Part shown: one piece after another, positions 16,215 to 25,299 of the stretch
How the letters are laid out: the number at the start of each line of letters is the position of its first letter
How positions within the stretch are numbered: the first letter of the stretch is position 1
Virus record (IMG/VR): IMGVR_UViG_3300032431_000020
Coordinates: 1-41,784 of that record
Length of the DNA: 41,784 nt
Origin: a virus
Reading direction: 5' to 3' (one strand)
Notes under the pieces: model-generated
Told to the model about the DNA's origin: nothing
The model's database searches: none
Seen by the model: only the letters and a program-made list of their open reading frames with translations
Position numbers and translations under genes: made by a program

Positions 16215-16681
16215 ACGCCCAGGCCGACACGGTACGGCCACAGCAGCGCGTGCGCGCCCTGCGGCAGCTGGTTGACCGCCTCGCTGGTGACGTCTTCCCG
16301 ATTCCGAAACAGGTGCCCGGTGGTCAGCAGGATTGCCGCGTTCACCTGGGCATTGGAAACCATGCCCTGGTAAATGGTGTCGGCCTGGTAGCGCGCGGCG
16401 CGCAGCCCGTTGCAGGCGGCTTCCATGGCAGCACAGCGTGCCTGCCCTTCGAGCGCGTTGGCAGCCTCGACGGCGAGGCCATAGGCGTCCTGCGCAAGCG
16501 TAAGCTCCGAGGGCACCTCGAGGACAGCATCGGCCAGCAGCGCGGGGGTGTCGTAGAGCTGCCGATTGAGAAATTGGGACGCCGCAAGGATCGCGGCGTC
16601 CAAGTAGAACTGGACGGAGGTGTCCGCCGGGTCGGCGCGGCAGTGAGTCCGCGCCTGGTCAAGCGTGGGCAGTGACATCAC
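16211..16681 (-). CDS. gp6-like head-tail connector protein
   Basis: LDQARTHCRAD...YLDAAILAASQFLNRQLY resembles the Phage_connect_1 pattern. Confidence 0.75.
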   Translation of the reverse strand: MMSLPTLDQARTHCRADPADTSVQFYLDAAILAASQFLNRQLYDTPALLADAVLEVPSELTLAQDAYGLAVEAANALEGQARCAAMEAACNGLRAARYQADTIYQGMVSNAQVNAAILLTTGHLFRNREDVTSEAVNQLPQGAHALLWPYRVGLGV

Positions 16682-17004
16682 TCGCCCTTCAGCGCCGCTT
16701 CGATGGCTTCGACCACAGTCTTCCGGCCCTTGCCACCCTGCTCCGTAGCAAGCGCGGCAGTCAGCACGTCAGCCTCAACGCCCTTCCCTACCGCTGCAAC
16801 CACGGTGGCTGCGTTCTGGTCCAGCAGGGCGGTCACCCTCGAGTTGGGGGTAGCGTCCTCCTTGACCGGACGGTCGTTGTCGGCGACCTGCACGGCAGAG
16901 CCGGCGTCGATCAGCTCCTGTCCGCGGTGCGAATCCATGCGCACGGTCTGGCCGGCGCGCGGGTCGTTCTTTTTGAATTTGATCAGCATCACGATGCTCC
17001 TCAT
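16678..17004 (-). CDS. Hypothetical protein downstream of the capsid gene (likely start at 16989)
   Basis: Track ORF. AGGAG sits 7 nt before the internal ATG at 16989. Confidence 0.55.
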   Translation of the reverse strand: MRSIVMLIKFKKNDPRAGQTVRMDSHRGQELIDAGSAVQVADNDRPVKEDATPNSRVTALLDQNAATVVAAVGKGVEADVLTAALATEQGGKGRKTVVEAIEAALKGE

Positions 17005-17007
17005 GAA

Positions 17008-17031
17008 GGGGGCCGGCCGAAGCCGGCCCCC
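17008..17031 (-). other. Perfect 10-bp GC stem-loop immediately after the major capsid gene
   Basis: GGGGGCCGGC-loop-GCCGGCCCCC (plus strand reading cgaa loop). No clear U-tract. Confidence 0.6.
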
Positions 17032-17054
17032 CGGTTGCTTTCAGGTGCCATGGA

Positions 17055-18245
17055 TCAGGCGATGTTGCCGAAGTCGCCATAGACGAACGCCTGCGGGCGG
17101 TACACCGCCAGAGCCAGACGCTCTTCCGCGAGGATCGTCACCAGGTTCTTGATGAAGTCGTCCTCGTTCTCGGTTGCCACCTCGACCCGGGCCTGCCAGC
17201 GGTCGAAGATCTGCGCACCGAGACGGAACGCACCGGCCAGGAACTTGTCCTCCGCGATCGCCTGGGTGGCCACCACCGGCCGGTTCCACAGGGAAGCGGC
17301 GAGCGTGCCCTGCGGGTTGCCGATGATGTAGCGGCCAGTCGAGTCCTTCAGCAACTCGATCCGCGCCCAGTCGATCGGGTTCATCACGAGGCCAGTGGCG
17401 GGGTACTCGGCCAGTTCGGACTGCAGCAGCGCCAGGCGAAGGTTGTCGATGTTCGTCTCGGTGCCCGGCGGATCGAACGGAGCCACGAACGCCGAGGCCT
17501 GCGGGATGATGCCGAGCAGGTTCTGGCCGGTGCCGTCGCCATTGAGCAGCTGCGCTTCCTCGCGGAAGGCCAGGCCGTAGCGGAGGCGACCATCGATGTA
17601 GCTGGCCAGCATCGAGGCATCGCTCAGGATCTGGCGCGACGCCTTGACGTAGTGCGCGATCACCTTGGCGGTGGTGCTCACCAGATCGAACCTCATGGTC
17701 GACTCGGGCTTGGCAGCGGTCTCGGCCACCGGCGCGGCGTTGTTGGTGAAGCCGGTTTCCTTGACGTACTCCAGCGTGCCGCCGTCCATGCGGCCCGGGG
17801 TGATCAGATCGCGCACGGTCATGCGACGCTCGGGCAAGCCGATGACGCCGGGAACGCGCGTGGTTTGGACCAGGTCGCCGGCGGCGCCGTCGGTGTCCGT
17901 GATGACGGAGGTGATCGCAGCCTGGAAGGTCATGTCGACCCGACCGCGTGGCGTGGTCTTGCTGGCGAAGGCCTTGAAGTCGTCGGAATCGACGAACTTC
18001 TGGCCGAAGGTCTGGTGCTGGACGTCGGCGCCCGCGCCATTGGCTTCGACCTTGGCCAGATGCTGCTGGGTGCTCTGCAGGTTGGCCTGCAGCTCGCCCT
18101 GCTTCATCAGCAGTTCGTCGACCTTGGTACGGGTTTCGGTGTTCAGCTCGGCGTTCCTGGCCGCAGTTTCGGCGTGGACCTTCAGCTGGTCACCGACCTT
18201 GGTGAGGCTGGCGTTGATGCTCTGGATGTCGGTATCGAGGGACAT
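17055..18245 (-). CDS. Major capsid protein, HK97 family
   Basis: 396 aa with an N-terminal coiled-coil delta domain. Follows the ClpP-like protease. Confidence 0.9.
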   Translation of the reverse strand: MSLDTDIQSINASLTKVGDQLKVHAETAARNAELNTETRTKVDELLMKQGELQANLQSTQQHLAKVEANGAGADVQHQTFGQKFVDSDDFKAFASKTTPRGRVDMTFQAAITSVITDTDGAAGDLVQTTRVPGVIGLPERRMTVRDLITPGRMDGGTLEYVKETGFTNNAAPVAETAAKPESTMRFDLVSTTAKVIAHYVKASRQILSDASMLASYIDGRLRYGLAFREEAQLLNGDGTGQNLLGIIPQASAFVAPFDPPGTETNIDNLRLALLQSELAEYPATGLVMNPIDWARIELLKDSTGRYIIGNPQGTLAASLWNRPVVATQAIAEDKFLAGAFRLGAQIFDRWQARVEVATENEDDFIKNLVTILAEERLALAVYRPQAFVYGDFGNIA

Positions 18246-18248
18246 GGT

Positions 18249-19124
18249 TTAGGCCTCCTGGGCCGCGAAGTTGGTAAGGGATGCGGCGATTGCCGCTGTG
18301 CTACTGAAGGAGCCGGGGCAAACCTCGACTCGTCCGGTGGGATCGCCCTCACCGCTGCCAGCGGGATCGCCCGCGCTGGACTTGATTTCTGAGATGAGGC
18401 GCATGGCCTCGGACTTCGGCATGCCGCTGGCGCGCAGACCTGCCTCGATCCGGCGGGCGGCCGATGCGCTGGCCTTGCCGGCGCCCTGCTCGACCTGGTC
18501 GGAGGCCAGCAGCTCGTCGGCGAAACCCTGCTCGACCGCGTCTGTGCCACCGATCCACGTCTCGGAATCCATGAGCTTGCCCATGGCTTTGGTCTCCGCG
18601 CCGGTGCGCGCGGCGTAGATCTCGGCCATGGCGCGGTCGAACGGTTCCAGCGTGTCCGCAATTTCTCGCAGGTCGATCCGGTTGCCGATCGCCATCACCC
18701 AGGTGTTGTGGATCATGAGGAAGCCGGCGCGCGCGATCTGCACGGTATCGCCCGCCATGGCGATGATGGACGCGGCTGAGGCAGCCAGTCCGATGACCTT
18801 CACCGTCACTTCGCCGTCGTGCTCGCGCAGCAGGTTGTAGATGGCCAGGCCTTCGAACATGTCGCCACCAGGCGAATTCACGTTCATCGTCACCGGACCA
18901 GAACCCATGCTCCGAAGCGCTGCCGCGACCCGCTTTGCGGTCACACCCTCGCCCGTCCAGTAGTCGTAGCCGATCACGTCATAGACGCTGATCGACCGGT
19001 CCGCTTCCTTTTCAGCTGCGCGCACGCCGGCATTCCAGCGATCCAGGGCGCGGGACTGCACCTGGCTGGAAACACCCGCGCAAGCGCGGCCCTCCGGGGC
19101 GCCGGGCAATATCTTGATCGTCAT
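18249..19124 (-). CDS. Prohead protease, ClpP/S14 family, with C-terminal scaffold-like extension
   Basis: MNVNSPGGD...ASAASIIAMAG...MIHN motifs of ClpP-type serine proteases. Confidence 0.9.
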   Translation of the reverse strand: MTIKILPGAPEGRACAGVSSQVQSRALDRWNAGVRAAEKEADRSISVYDVIGYDYWTGEGVTAKRVAAALRSMGSGPVTMNVNSPGGDMFEGLAIYNLLREHDGEVTVKVIGLAASAASIIAMAGDTVQIARAGFLMIHNTWVMAIGNRIDLREIADTLEPFDRAMAEIYAARTGAETKAMGKLMDSETWIGGTDAVEQGFADELLASDQVEQGAGKASASAARRIEAGLRASGMPKSEAMRLISEIKSSAGDPAGSGEGDPTGRVEVCPGSFSSTAAIAASLTNFAAQEA

Positions 19125-19138
19125 GGGTTTTCCTTTTT

Positions 19139-19735
19139 TTAAGCGGCCATCAGAACGGAGAGGATTTCTTCGTCGCTGATCTCGTCGATGCCCACCGCTA
19201 CCATTTGGCCAGCGTTGGCTCTTGTTCTTGCGTTTGTGATGCTCACGACCGTTGCCGCCACAGCAACTCGTAACGTGCCGGCGGCCGCTGAGGCATAGGC
19301 CCCTTCAATTTCGAAACGATTCACTCCCAACGCGACCGCGGTGCCGGCTTGAGCCACCGCGGCTGCGCCGGCAATCCTCGTCCTGGCTGTGTAGGAAACA
19401 TCGTTCGATAGACGGACGTGACCGCCACCGAAAGTAGCCGGGATGGACGGCGTACCCGTTGCAGTGACCGACCCCGCACTGCTGGTTGCACTTGCACCGC
19501 TGAGATCGTGGACCGCGGCGGCAGCGACCTCCATGACTCCGGGAAAAGCGGTTGCCTCCGCGCTGGGTAGCGCCGTAAGCGCAGCGCCTGCCGCCGTTAT
19601 TTCGCCTGCGACCGCCTGCGCGGACGCGCTAGGCAAGATTGCATTTACGCCAGAATCCGCTGTTCCAAAGTACTCCTCGGGAAATATCTGGGCGCCGCGC
19701 CAGCCAACCCGCTGCCCCTGGCTGATCCGGCTCAT
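19139..19735 (-). CDS. Hypothetical Ala/Gly/Thr-rich protein (198 aa)
   Basis: Track ORF between portal and protease. Followed by an AGGAAA RBS for the protease gene. Confidence 0.55.
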   Translation of the reverse strand: MSRISQGQRVGWRGAQIFPEEYFGTADSGVNAILPSASAQAVAGEITAAGAALTALPSAEATAFPGVMEVAAAAVHDLSGASATSSAGSVTATGTPSIPATFGGGHVRLSNDVSYTARTRIAGAAAVAQAGTAVALGVNRFEIEGAYASAAAGTLRVAVAATVVSITNARTRANAGQMVAVGIDEISDEEILSVLMAA

Positions 19736-19738
19736 GGC

Positions 19739-20581
19739 TTACCCGTGGGCCAGCTTGCCGCCACCACGCAGCGTGCCGGTGCTGGTGGTACCCGGCAGCA
19801 CCACCAGCGCCAAGCACGCGGCGTTGGCAATCTCGCTGAGCGGAAGTGCTGCCCAGTCCGCCGGCCACTTGAAGCCAAATGTTGGTAGCCCAAGCGAAAC
19901 ACGCAGGCGCGTAGCAGTCACGCCGAAGTTGCCAGCGGCGCCCGTCGAAACAGACAGGGTGGTGCTGTTCACGGCGCGGATGTACTTGCCTGCCGCTGCT
20001 GCCGGGATCAAGCCGTTGAGTGGGTACTTGAAGGACGCACGGCGAGTTGCAGCGAGTGCCAGCGTATTCAGGTTGCCGGTGGTCCCATCGTTGTACGTGA
20101 CGTTGATCGTGGGCGTCGAAGCTGTGGCACCCGTGTCGGCGTACCACTCCAGCCACCACTGCACATCGTCGTAGTCCGCGCTGCCGATGCGCGCAGCCAA
20201 ATTGGAATTGCCGATGTTGGCGTGCAGGTCCACTGCGATGTTGGTTTGCGCAGTGATCAATGTACCGTTGCCGCCGCCTGAGTGCATCAAACGGTCGTGT
20301 ACTTCCACCGTAGTTGCGTTGTTGGAAGATACACCTTCCAGGTACGCCGCGTAGGTAGTGGCCGGTGCGACCTGCTGGTTGAACTGCATCGCGCCCAGCA
20401 GCGTGTTGTCGCACACCGCAGCTGCGGTCGGAATCGCGCCAGCACCCGGTTGCCCTGACGCCCGCCAGAGCGAATGGAACTGATTGACCGCCGCGTTAGC
20501 GAGGCTGGCCTTATCGATCACGATGCGGCTGGAGTTGTTGGCCAGTGCGTTGATAAGGCCATCGAAGGTGGTGATGGTCAT
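19739..20581 (-). CDS. Hypothetical protein (280 aa)
   Basis: Start at residue 58 of track ORF 19739-20752 (MTITTFDGLINAL...). TGATG overlap with the upstream stop. Confidence 0.6.
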   Translation of the reverse strand: MTITTFDGLINALANNSSRIVIDKASLANAAVNQFHSLWRASGQPGAGAIPTAAAVCDNTLLGAMQFNQQVAPATTYAAYLEGVSSNNATTVEVHDRLMHSGGGNGTLITAQTNIAVDLHANIGNSNLAARIGSADYDDVQWWLEWYADTGATASTPTINVTYNDGTTGNLNTLALAATRRASFKYPLNGLIPAAAAGKYIRAVNSTTLSVSTGAAGNFGVTATRLRVSLGLPTFGFKWPADWAALPLSEIANAACLALVVLPGTTSTGTLRGGGKLAHG

Positions 20582-20997
20582 CAGCCAATTCTCACGACCG
20601 CAGTGGCCTCTGCCGGCGCCGGAATTTGCACCGTGAAGGAAGCGTTCGTGGAAGAAACCAGGCCGCCGAAATCGAAGCAAGCAACTGCCTTGTTGTCTTT
20701 TGAAGCGTTGTAGATCAGCGCACCGCGCGCCGTAATTGACGCCGACGGCCAAGCCGGGTCATCCCAATCGAGATATGCGGTGTCGTTCGACAAGCCCGCT
20801 ATGAAGCCGGACAAGTCCTGACCTCCTGCGACATATCCCTGGCCTGAAACTTCGTTCGATCCGCTGTAGCCGGTGGTGGACTTGTTGAGTGTGGCGGCGC
20901 TGGTGAACAGCGCGATCTTGTAATTGTCGCCGGCCTCGTGCACTCCCTGCAGAACTTCCCTCTTGAAAGAATTGCAGATCGCGGTCGTGATGCTCAT
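20581..20997 (-). CDS. Hypothetical protein (138 aa)
   Basis: Track ORF with ATGA overlap onto the portal stop. Confidence 0.6.
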   Translation of the reverse strand: MSITTAICNSFKREVLQGVHEAGDNYKIALFTSAATLNKSTTGYSGSNEVSGQGYVAGGQDLSGFIAGLSNDTAYLDWDDPAWPSASITARGALIYNASKDNKAVACFDFGGLVSSTNASFTVQIPAPAEATAVVRIG

Positions 20998-22337
20998 GCC
21001 ATGTCCTCAAGTGGAACTGCCATTGCTGTTCCGTCAGTGCTTCGTGTGATCTTGAACCCGTTGAAATTGCCTTTCCCGACATTCACGACGACACGCTTCT
21101 TGTCGTCCGATGCCGCGGGCTCGCTCGTGCCAATCGTGTCCAGGGGTGCGAGAGCCATCTGCACTGTCAGAACCGCAGCATTTCCACCCATCGGCTCGCG
21201 GTCCTCTAGCTCGCGGACTTCATCACGAGTCAGGATTCCATTGGTGACCATCGAACCGTAGAACGCCGCGCGGCCGGCACTGTCAGCGCGCAGCAAGCCT
21301 TCGACCGCGAACTTCGCGTAGAAGCGTCCCTTTTCCCCGGGCGTCAGCAGATCCTTGCGGATGGCCTGCTCGATTCGGCGCAACCAGGGCGACAGCGTGA
21401 ATGTCAGGAAGCCGATCATCTGCTGCTCGATGCCAGTGCCCCAGCTGGTCGACTTCTCGGTGTGGCCAACCATCCACGGCGGCACACGGAACCAGCGGCA
21501 GATTGCCTCGACGCTGAAACCCCGGGACTCCAGGAGTTGGGCGTCGACCGGATTTACCCCGAGGGTGCCGGCCTCGGTTCCGCCTTCCAGCAGCGGCGCT
21601 TCCCCGCGCTCGATCGTGCCGGCCAGGTTCTTCTTGAACTCGGCGCGCTGCGGCTGGGTCAGCCAGTTGGAAACCTTGTAGTACACGGTCTGCAGGAGGC
21701 CGTTGCGGAAGGTCTTGGCCGCGGCATCCTCGGCCGCCAGGGCTGAGGCAAACACGCGGGCGCCGTACTGGATGACGGAGACGCCATCGATGCCGTCCAG
21801 CGTGAAGCCTGGAACCGTCCAGACTCGCGCCGCCGCAATCTCACGTGTTGCCGTCCCGCTCTCTGCGCGGTAGGTGTAGAGCTTGTTGCCCCGAATGTCC
21901 CGGCTGATGGTCAGCCTGTCGGGGTCCAAGAACTGCAGGCCGACCAGCTGCCCGCCCACCATCAGTCGCTCAGCCCGGCCGGCGCCGCGCAGCAGCATGG
22001 ATGCCACGAAAGCCTCCCAGAAGACCGCCGCGGTGGAGTCCTCGTTCGGCTGGTCGTGAACGATGAAGTGCAGCGGGTGGTCGCTGGCCTGGCGCTTGCC
22101 GCGGGGCGTCTTTTCGTAGATTGACAGCGGCAGGGTGGAAATGGTCTCGGAGATCAGCCGGACGCAGGACCAGACGGCATCCAGCTGCATCACCGACTTC
22201 GCGCTGACCGGCACGTTCTGCGGGTTCCAGGTCGAGCGGTCGACGTAGAGCTCGGCATCGCGGAGCGAGAACGACCGCACCCACCCATCGATCGCCGCGC
22301 GCACGCGCGATCCCAGTTTGCTGCGTGGGGGCGTCAT
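20994..22337 (-). CDS. Portal protein, HK97 family
   Basis: 447 aa immediately downstream of and overlapping the large terminase gene. Confidence 0.9.
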   Translation of the reverse strand: MTPPRSKLGSRVRAAIDGWVRSFSLRDAELYVDRSTWNPQNVPVSAKSVMQLDAVWSCVRLISETISTLPLSIYEKTPRGKRQASDHPLHFIVHDQPNEDSTAAVFWEAFVASMLLRGAGRAERLMVGGQLVGLQFLDPDRLTISRDIRGNKLYTYRAESGTATREIAAARVWTVPGFTLDGIDGVSVIQYGARVFASALAAEDAAAKTFRNGLLQTVYYKVSNWLTQPQRAEFKKNLAGTIERGEAPLLEGGTEAGTLGVNPVDAQLLESRGFSVEAICRWFRVPPWMVGHTEKSTSWGTGIEQQMIGFLTFTLSPWLRRIEQAIRKDLLTPGEKGRFYAKFAVEGLLRADSAGRAAFYGSMVTNGILTRDEVRELEDREPMGGNAAVLTVQMALAPLDTIGTSEPAASDDKKRVVVNVGKGNFNGFKITRSTDGTAMAVPLEDMA

Positions 22338-24022
22338 GCGTGTGCCACCAGCGCCGGGTCTCTCAGCCAGTCATCCATACCGCCCCTCGATTCCGGGTTG
22401 AGCGACATCAGCGACACCGCGGAGAACGCCGCCATGAGCGGATCGATCTTCGCGCTGCCGCTGGCCTGCTTCGTGATGTTCACGGCGTTGCCCACGGGCA
22501 CCACCTTCGCGTTGCCTACGCACCAGTCCATGAGGGCCAGGCCGCCATGGTGGAGCGTGCCCTCAGCCAGCTTTCGCTCGGCCGTCTTGATCGACCCGCT
22601 GAGCTTCCAGCCTTGCGAGATGCCGACTACCTTGTCCTTCGGAACGCCAGCCAGCTCGAGGGCGTCGAGGATCCCACCCAGGCCGGCCGGGTCCACGCCC
22701 ACCTTGTCCAGCAGCCCAGCCAATTCCACCTGCGCGACGCGCGCGGCGAGGTCGTCCACGTCCTGGCCGATCTGCTCGACCAGCGTCAGGCTGCCTTCGG
22801 CGGCGAAGTCCAGGAGCCGGGGCGCCACTTCCTTCCTGCGCTCGAGCACCGACGGGTGCGCCCAGGCATGCGCCCAGAGCAGCCAGTCCCGCGTCTCGCG
22901 GCAGCGCCCCATGATGGCTAAGCCCAGCAGGTCGTCCAGGCCGCCGCCGTCGATGCCGACCGCGACCACCTCCGAACGCTCCAGCACTTGCTCCAGGCTG
23001 AGGCCGCCCTTCAGCGCCTGGCACTCCCAGAACAGGGCGCCCGCCCAGGAGTCGCTGCGCAGCCCCAGCCCGATCTCGATGTTCAAGTGCTGCGATGCCC
23101 AGGCGCGGAGCTCTTCCTCCGAGGTCGCGCGCGCCGTGCGCTCATCCTCCACCAGCCGCTCCACCGAGATGGACTTGCCGGCGTTCGGGGTCACCATCGA
23201 CCACAGCTTAGAATCCCGCCAGCCCTGGTCCCGGTCCTTCTGGATCGCCTCGGGGAATTCGTACAGCACCGGCAGCATCGCGCCCTCCTGGCGCCCGTCC
23301 CGGATCGCCCGGGCCTTCATCAGCTCGGCGCGGAACACGCCGGCTGGCGCCTCCTCGCTCTGGGTCGTGATGAACGCCATGAATGCCTCCGGGTACGGCA
23401 GCATGCCGCCGCGCAACTGACGGATCGCGCTGGCAGCCTTGGGCCGCTTGGCGATCACGTGCAGCTCGTCGATCAGGACCGCCACCGGCTTCTGGCCGGT
23501 CAGCGCTGCCGGGTCGAACGACATGATGGCCAGCTCCGCCTTCGTCTCCCGGTGCACGATGGTCTTCAGGTGGTCACGCACGTGCAGCTTCTTCGACAGC
23601 ACCGGATCCAGTGCGATCGCCCCAGCCGCGGCGTCGAACGCCAGCTGGGCCACGTCGTGCACCGGTGCGGTCATGATCAGCGAGGCGTTCGGCCGCACGT
23701 TCAGCAGCAGGGCGGTCAGCATCAGCAGCGCCCCGTTCGTGGTCTTGCTGTTCTTCTTCGGCACCAGGAGGAACAGCTCCCGGATCATCCGTTGCTGAGT
23801 CACCGGGTCCAGCGACCCGAACAGGGCCCGAGTGATGTCCCGGAACCAGTCCCCGCCCGCCTCGGCCATGGTCGGCGTCCCCGGCACGTCCGCCAGGCGT
23901 AGCTTGTCCAGCACCGCCACCGCGCGCGCGCCCTGCACCTGGTCGATCGGCAGGTCAGGCACCAGTGAGCGACCCGACCGGAGGCGCTTCTCCCAGTCAG
24001 GACAGGACAGGTCCCAAGCCAT
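22334..24022 (-). CDS. terL: Terminase large subunit
   Basis: 562 aa. Walker-A-like LLVPKKNSKTT, then a C-terminal nuclease region; synteny. Confidence 0.9.
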   Translation of the reverse strand: MAWDLSCPDWEKRLRSGRSLVPDLPIDQVQGARAVAVLDKLRLADVPGTPTMAEAGGDWFRDITRALFGSLDPVTQQRMIRELFLLVPKKNSKTTNGALLMLTALLLNVRPNASLIMTAPVHDVAQLAFDAAAGAIALDPVLSKKLHVRDHLKTIVHRETKAELAIMSFDPAALTGQKPVAVLIDELHVIAKRPKAASAIRQLRGGMLPYPEAFMAFITTQSEEAPAGVFRAELMKARAIRDGRQEGAMLPVLYEFPEAIQKDRDQGWRDSKLWSMVTPNAGKSISVERLVEDERTARATSEEELRAWASQHLNIEIGLGLRSDSWAGALFWECQALKGGLSLEQVLERSEVVAVGIDGGGLDDLLGLAIMGRCRETRDWLLWAHAWAHPSVLERRKEVAPRLLDFAAEGSLTLVEQIGQDVDDLAARVAQVELAGLLDKVGVDPAGLGGILDALELAGVPKDKVVGISQGWKLSGSIKTAERKLAEGTLHHGGLALMDWCVGNAKVVPVGNAVNITKQASGSAKIDPLMAAFSAVSLMSLNPESRGGMDDWLRDPALVAHA

Positions 24023-24023
24023 G

Positions 24024-24419
24024 TCAGCGGACAGCCTTCCGGATCGGTGTCACCTTCGGGTCCAGCAGCTCGTTCCAGTCCGTCCCCTTCGCTGCCCCAG
24101 CGGCATCTTCCTGCGCCTGGGCCTTCTTCCCCTTCGGCGTCACCTTCGCGGCCGGCGGTGCGGCTACGTGCGGGACCAGCGATATGTAGGCCTTCTGCGC
24201 CGCCACGTTCCCCTTCACCGCAGCCTTGTGCATCGCGGCCATCACCTCGGACCTGCGCTCATAGGCGCCGATCGACAGCTCATGATCGAAGTGCTTCTCC
24301 AGCGTGTTCCTGGACATTCCCATCGCCAGGGCGATCTCCTCGTGAGACATGCCGCCGCCCGCGGCAATCGACACCTTTCGGCGCTGCATCGGGGTCGGCT
24401 TGAAGGCGGGTCTGGCCAT
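24024..24419 (-). CDS. terS: Terminase small subunit (HTH)
   Basis: 131 aa directly upstream of terL. HTH segment GGMSHEEIALAMGMSRNTLEKH. Confidence 0.65.
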   Translation of the reverse strand: MARPAFKPTPMQRRKVSIAAGGGMSHEEIALAMGMSRNTLEKHFDHELSIGAYERRSEVMAAMHKAAVKGNVAAQKAYISLVPHVAAPPAAKVTPKGKKAQAQEDAAGAAKGTDWNELLDPKVTPIRKAVR

Positions 24420-24517
24420 ATTCGGTTTCTGCGCAGGAACTGGAGGTTCAGCCGAAATCTCCGGCTGGGAAAAAAAGCTCTAAATGAGAGGGTGGGTAGT
24501 TTCCGGCGACACGGCGC

Positions 24518-24850
24518 TCAGACTTTCGACCCGCCCCTACCCTGACGTGGTCGCTGGCCAAGGTCGACGGCTGTCTTACTGTCGTGGCACTCGATGCACA
24601 GCACTTGGCAGTTCTCCTCGATGTCCTGACCGCCGTTGAACAATGCAACGACGTGGTCGAGGTGGAAGCCATGAGGGAAGTCCGTCAGGCGCTTGCAATC
24701 CACGCAGTTTGGATCCCTCGCCCACACCTTGAGCCTTCGGGCTTGCAGCCTCCTGCCCGTGACCCTCAGTTCACTGGGTGAAGCTGCCATGCTTACTCTC
24801 TCCAGGCTGATGGGCGGGGTTCTCTGCGCTAGCTGATTGACCCTCGGCAT
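24518..24850 (-). CDS. HNH endonuclease associated with the terminase (likely start at 24790)
   Basis: CVDC...HLDHVVALFNGG...N.QVLCIECH HNH motif. GGAGAG RBS 7 nt before the ATG at 24790. Confidence 0.85.
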   Translation of the reverse strand: MPRVNQLAQRTPPISLERVSMAASPSELRVTGRRLQARRLKVWARDPNCVDCKRLTDFPHGFHLDHVVALFNGGQDIEENCQVLCIECHDSKTAVDLGQRPRQGRGGSKV

Positions 24851-24904
24851 TACATGGGCTGCCCATTGAGGAACCTGGCCTGCTCTGCCTCGCCCTCTTC
24901 ATCC

Positions 24905-25126
24905 TCAGCCATAGCTGCGAGGATCTGACTCTGCTGCTCCAGCAGCTGCATCAACAGCTGGTTCTGCTGTGTCATCGTCTTGCTCAGCCGGTTCAGCGAC
25001 TGGATCAGTTCGTCCACGCTTGACTCTCCCCATGATCTCGGCGGTACGCTCCTTCGCGATCCGCTCGATGTACGTCAGCCCGTCTACCAGCGCCTTGCGA
25101 CGTCGGGCGCAGCCTGGGCAGGGCAT
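24905..25126 (-). CDS. Hypothetical small protein (73 aa, N-terminal CPGC)
   Basis: Track ORF with TGATG overlap onto the upstream stop. Confidence 0.45.
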   Translation of the reverse strand: MPCPGCARRRKALVDGLTYIERIAKERTAEIMGRVKRGRTDPVAEPAEQDDDTAEPAVDAAAGAAESDPRSYG

Positions 25127-25299
25127 CAGGCAATGTCTGCACGGATGGCTGTCTCAACTACCGTCCGCAGCGCACGCTCAGCATCCCGCTTCCGGGTATG
25201 GCTCTCCCCCTGGGCGATGATCCGGCCGTTTACGGCTTTCAGGTGCCAGCGCCATTCGCCACTTGTGTCTTGGAATACGTGGAACTTGGGCTGCCTCAT
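25126..25299 (-). CDS. DUF1508 (YegP-like) protein, 57 aa
   Basis: KFHVFQDTSGEWRWHLKAVNGRIIAQGESH.. matches the YegP repeat pattern. ATGA overlap with the Rz stop. Confidence 0.65.
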   Translation of the reverse strand: MRQPKFHVFQDTSGEWRWHLKAVNGRIIAQGESHTRKRDAERALRTVVETAIRADIA

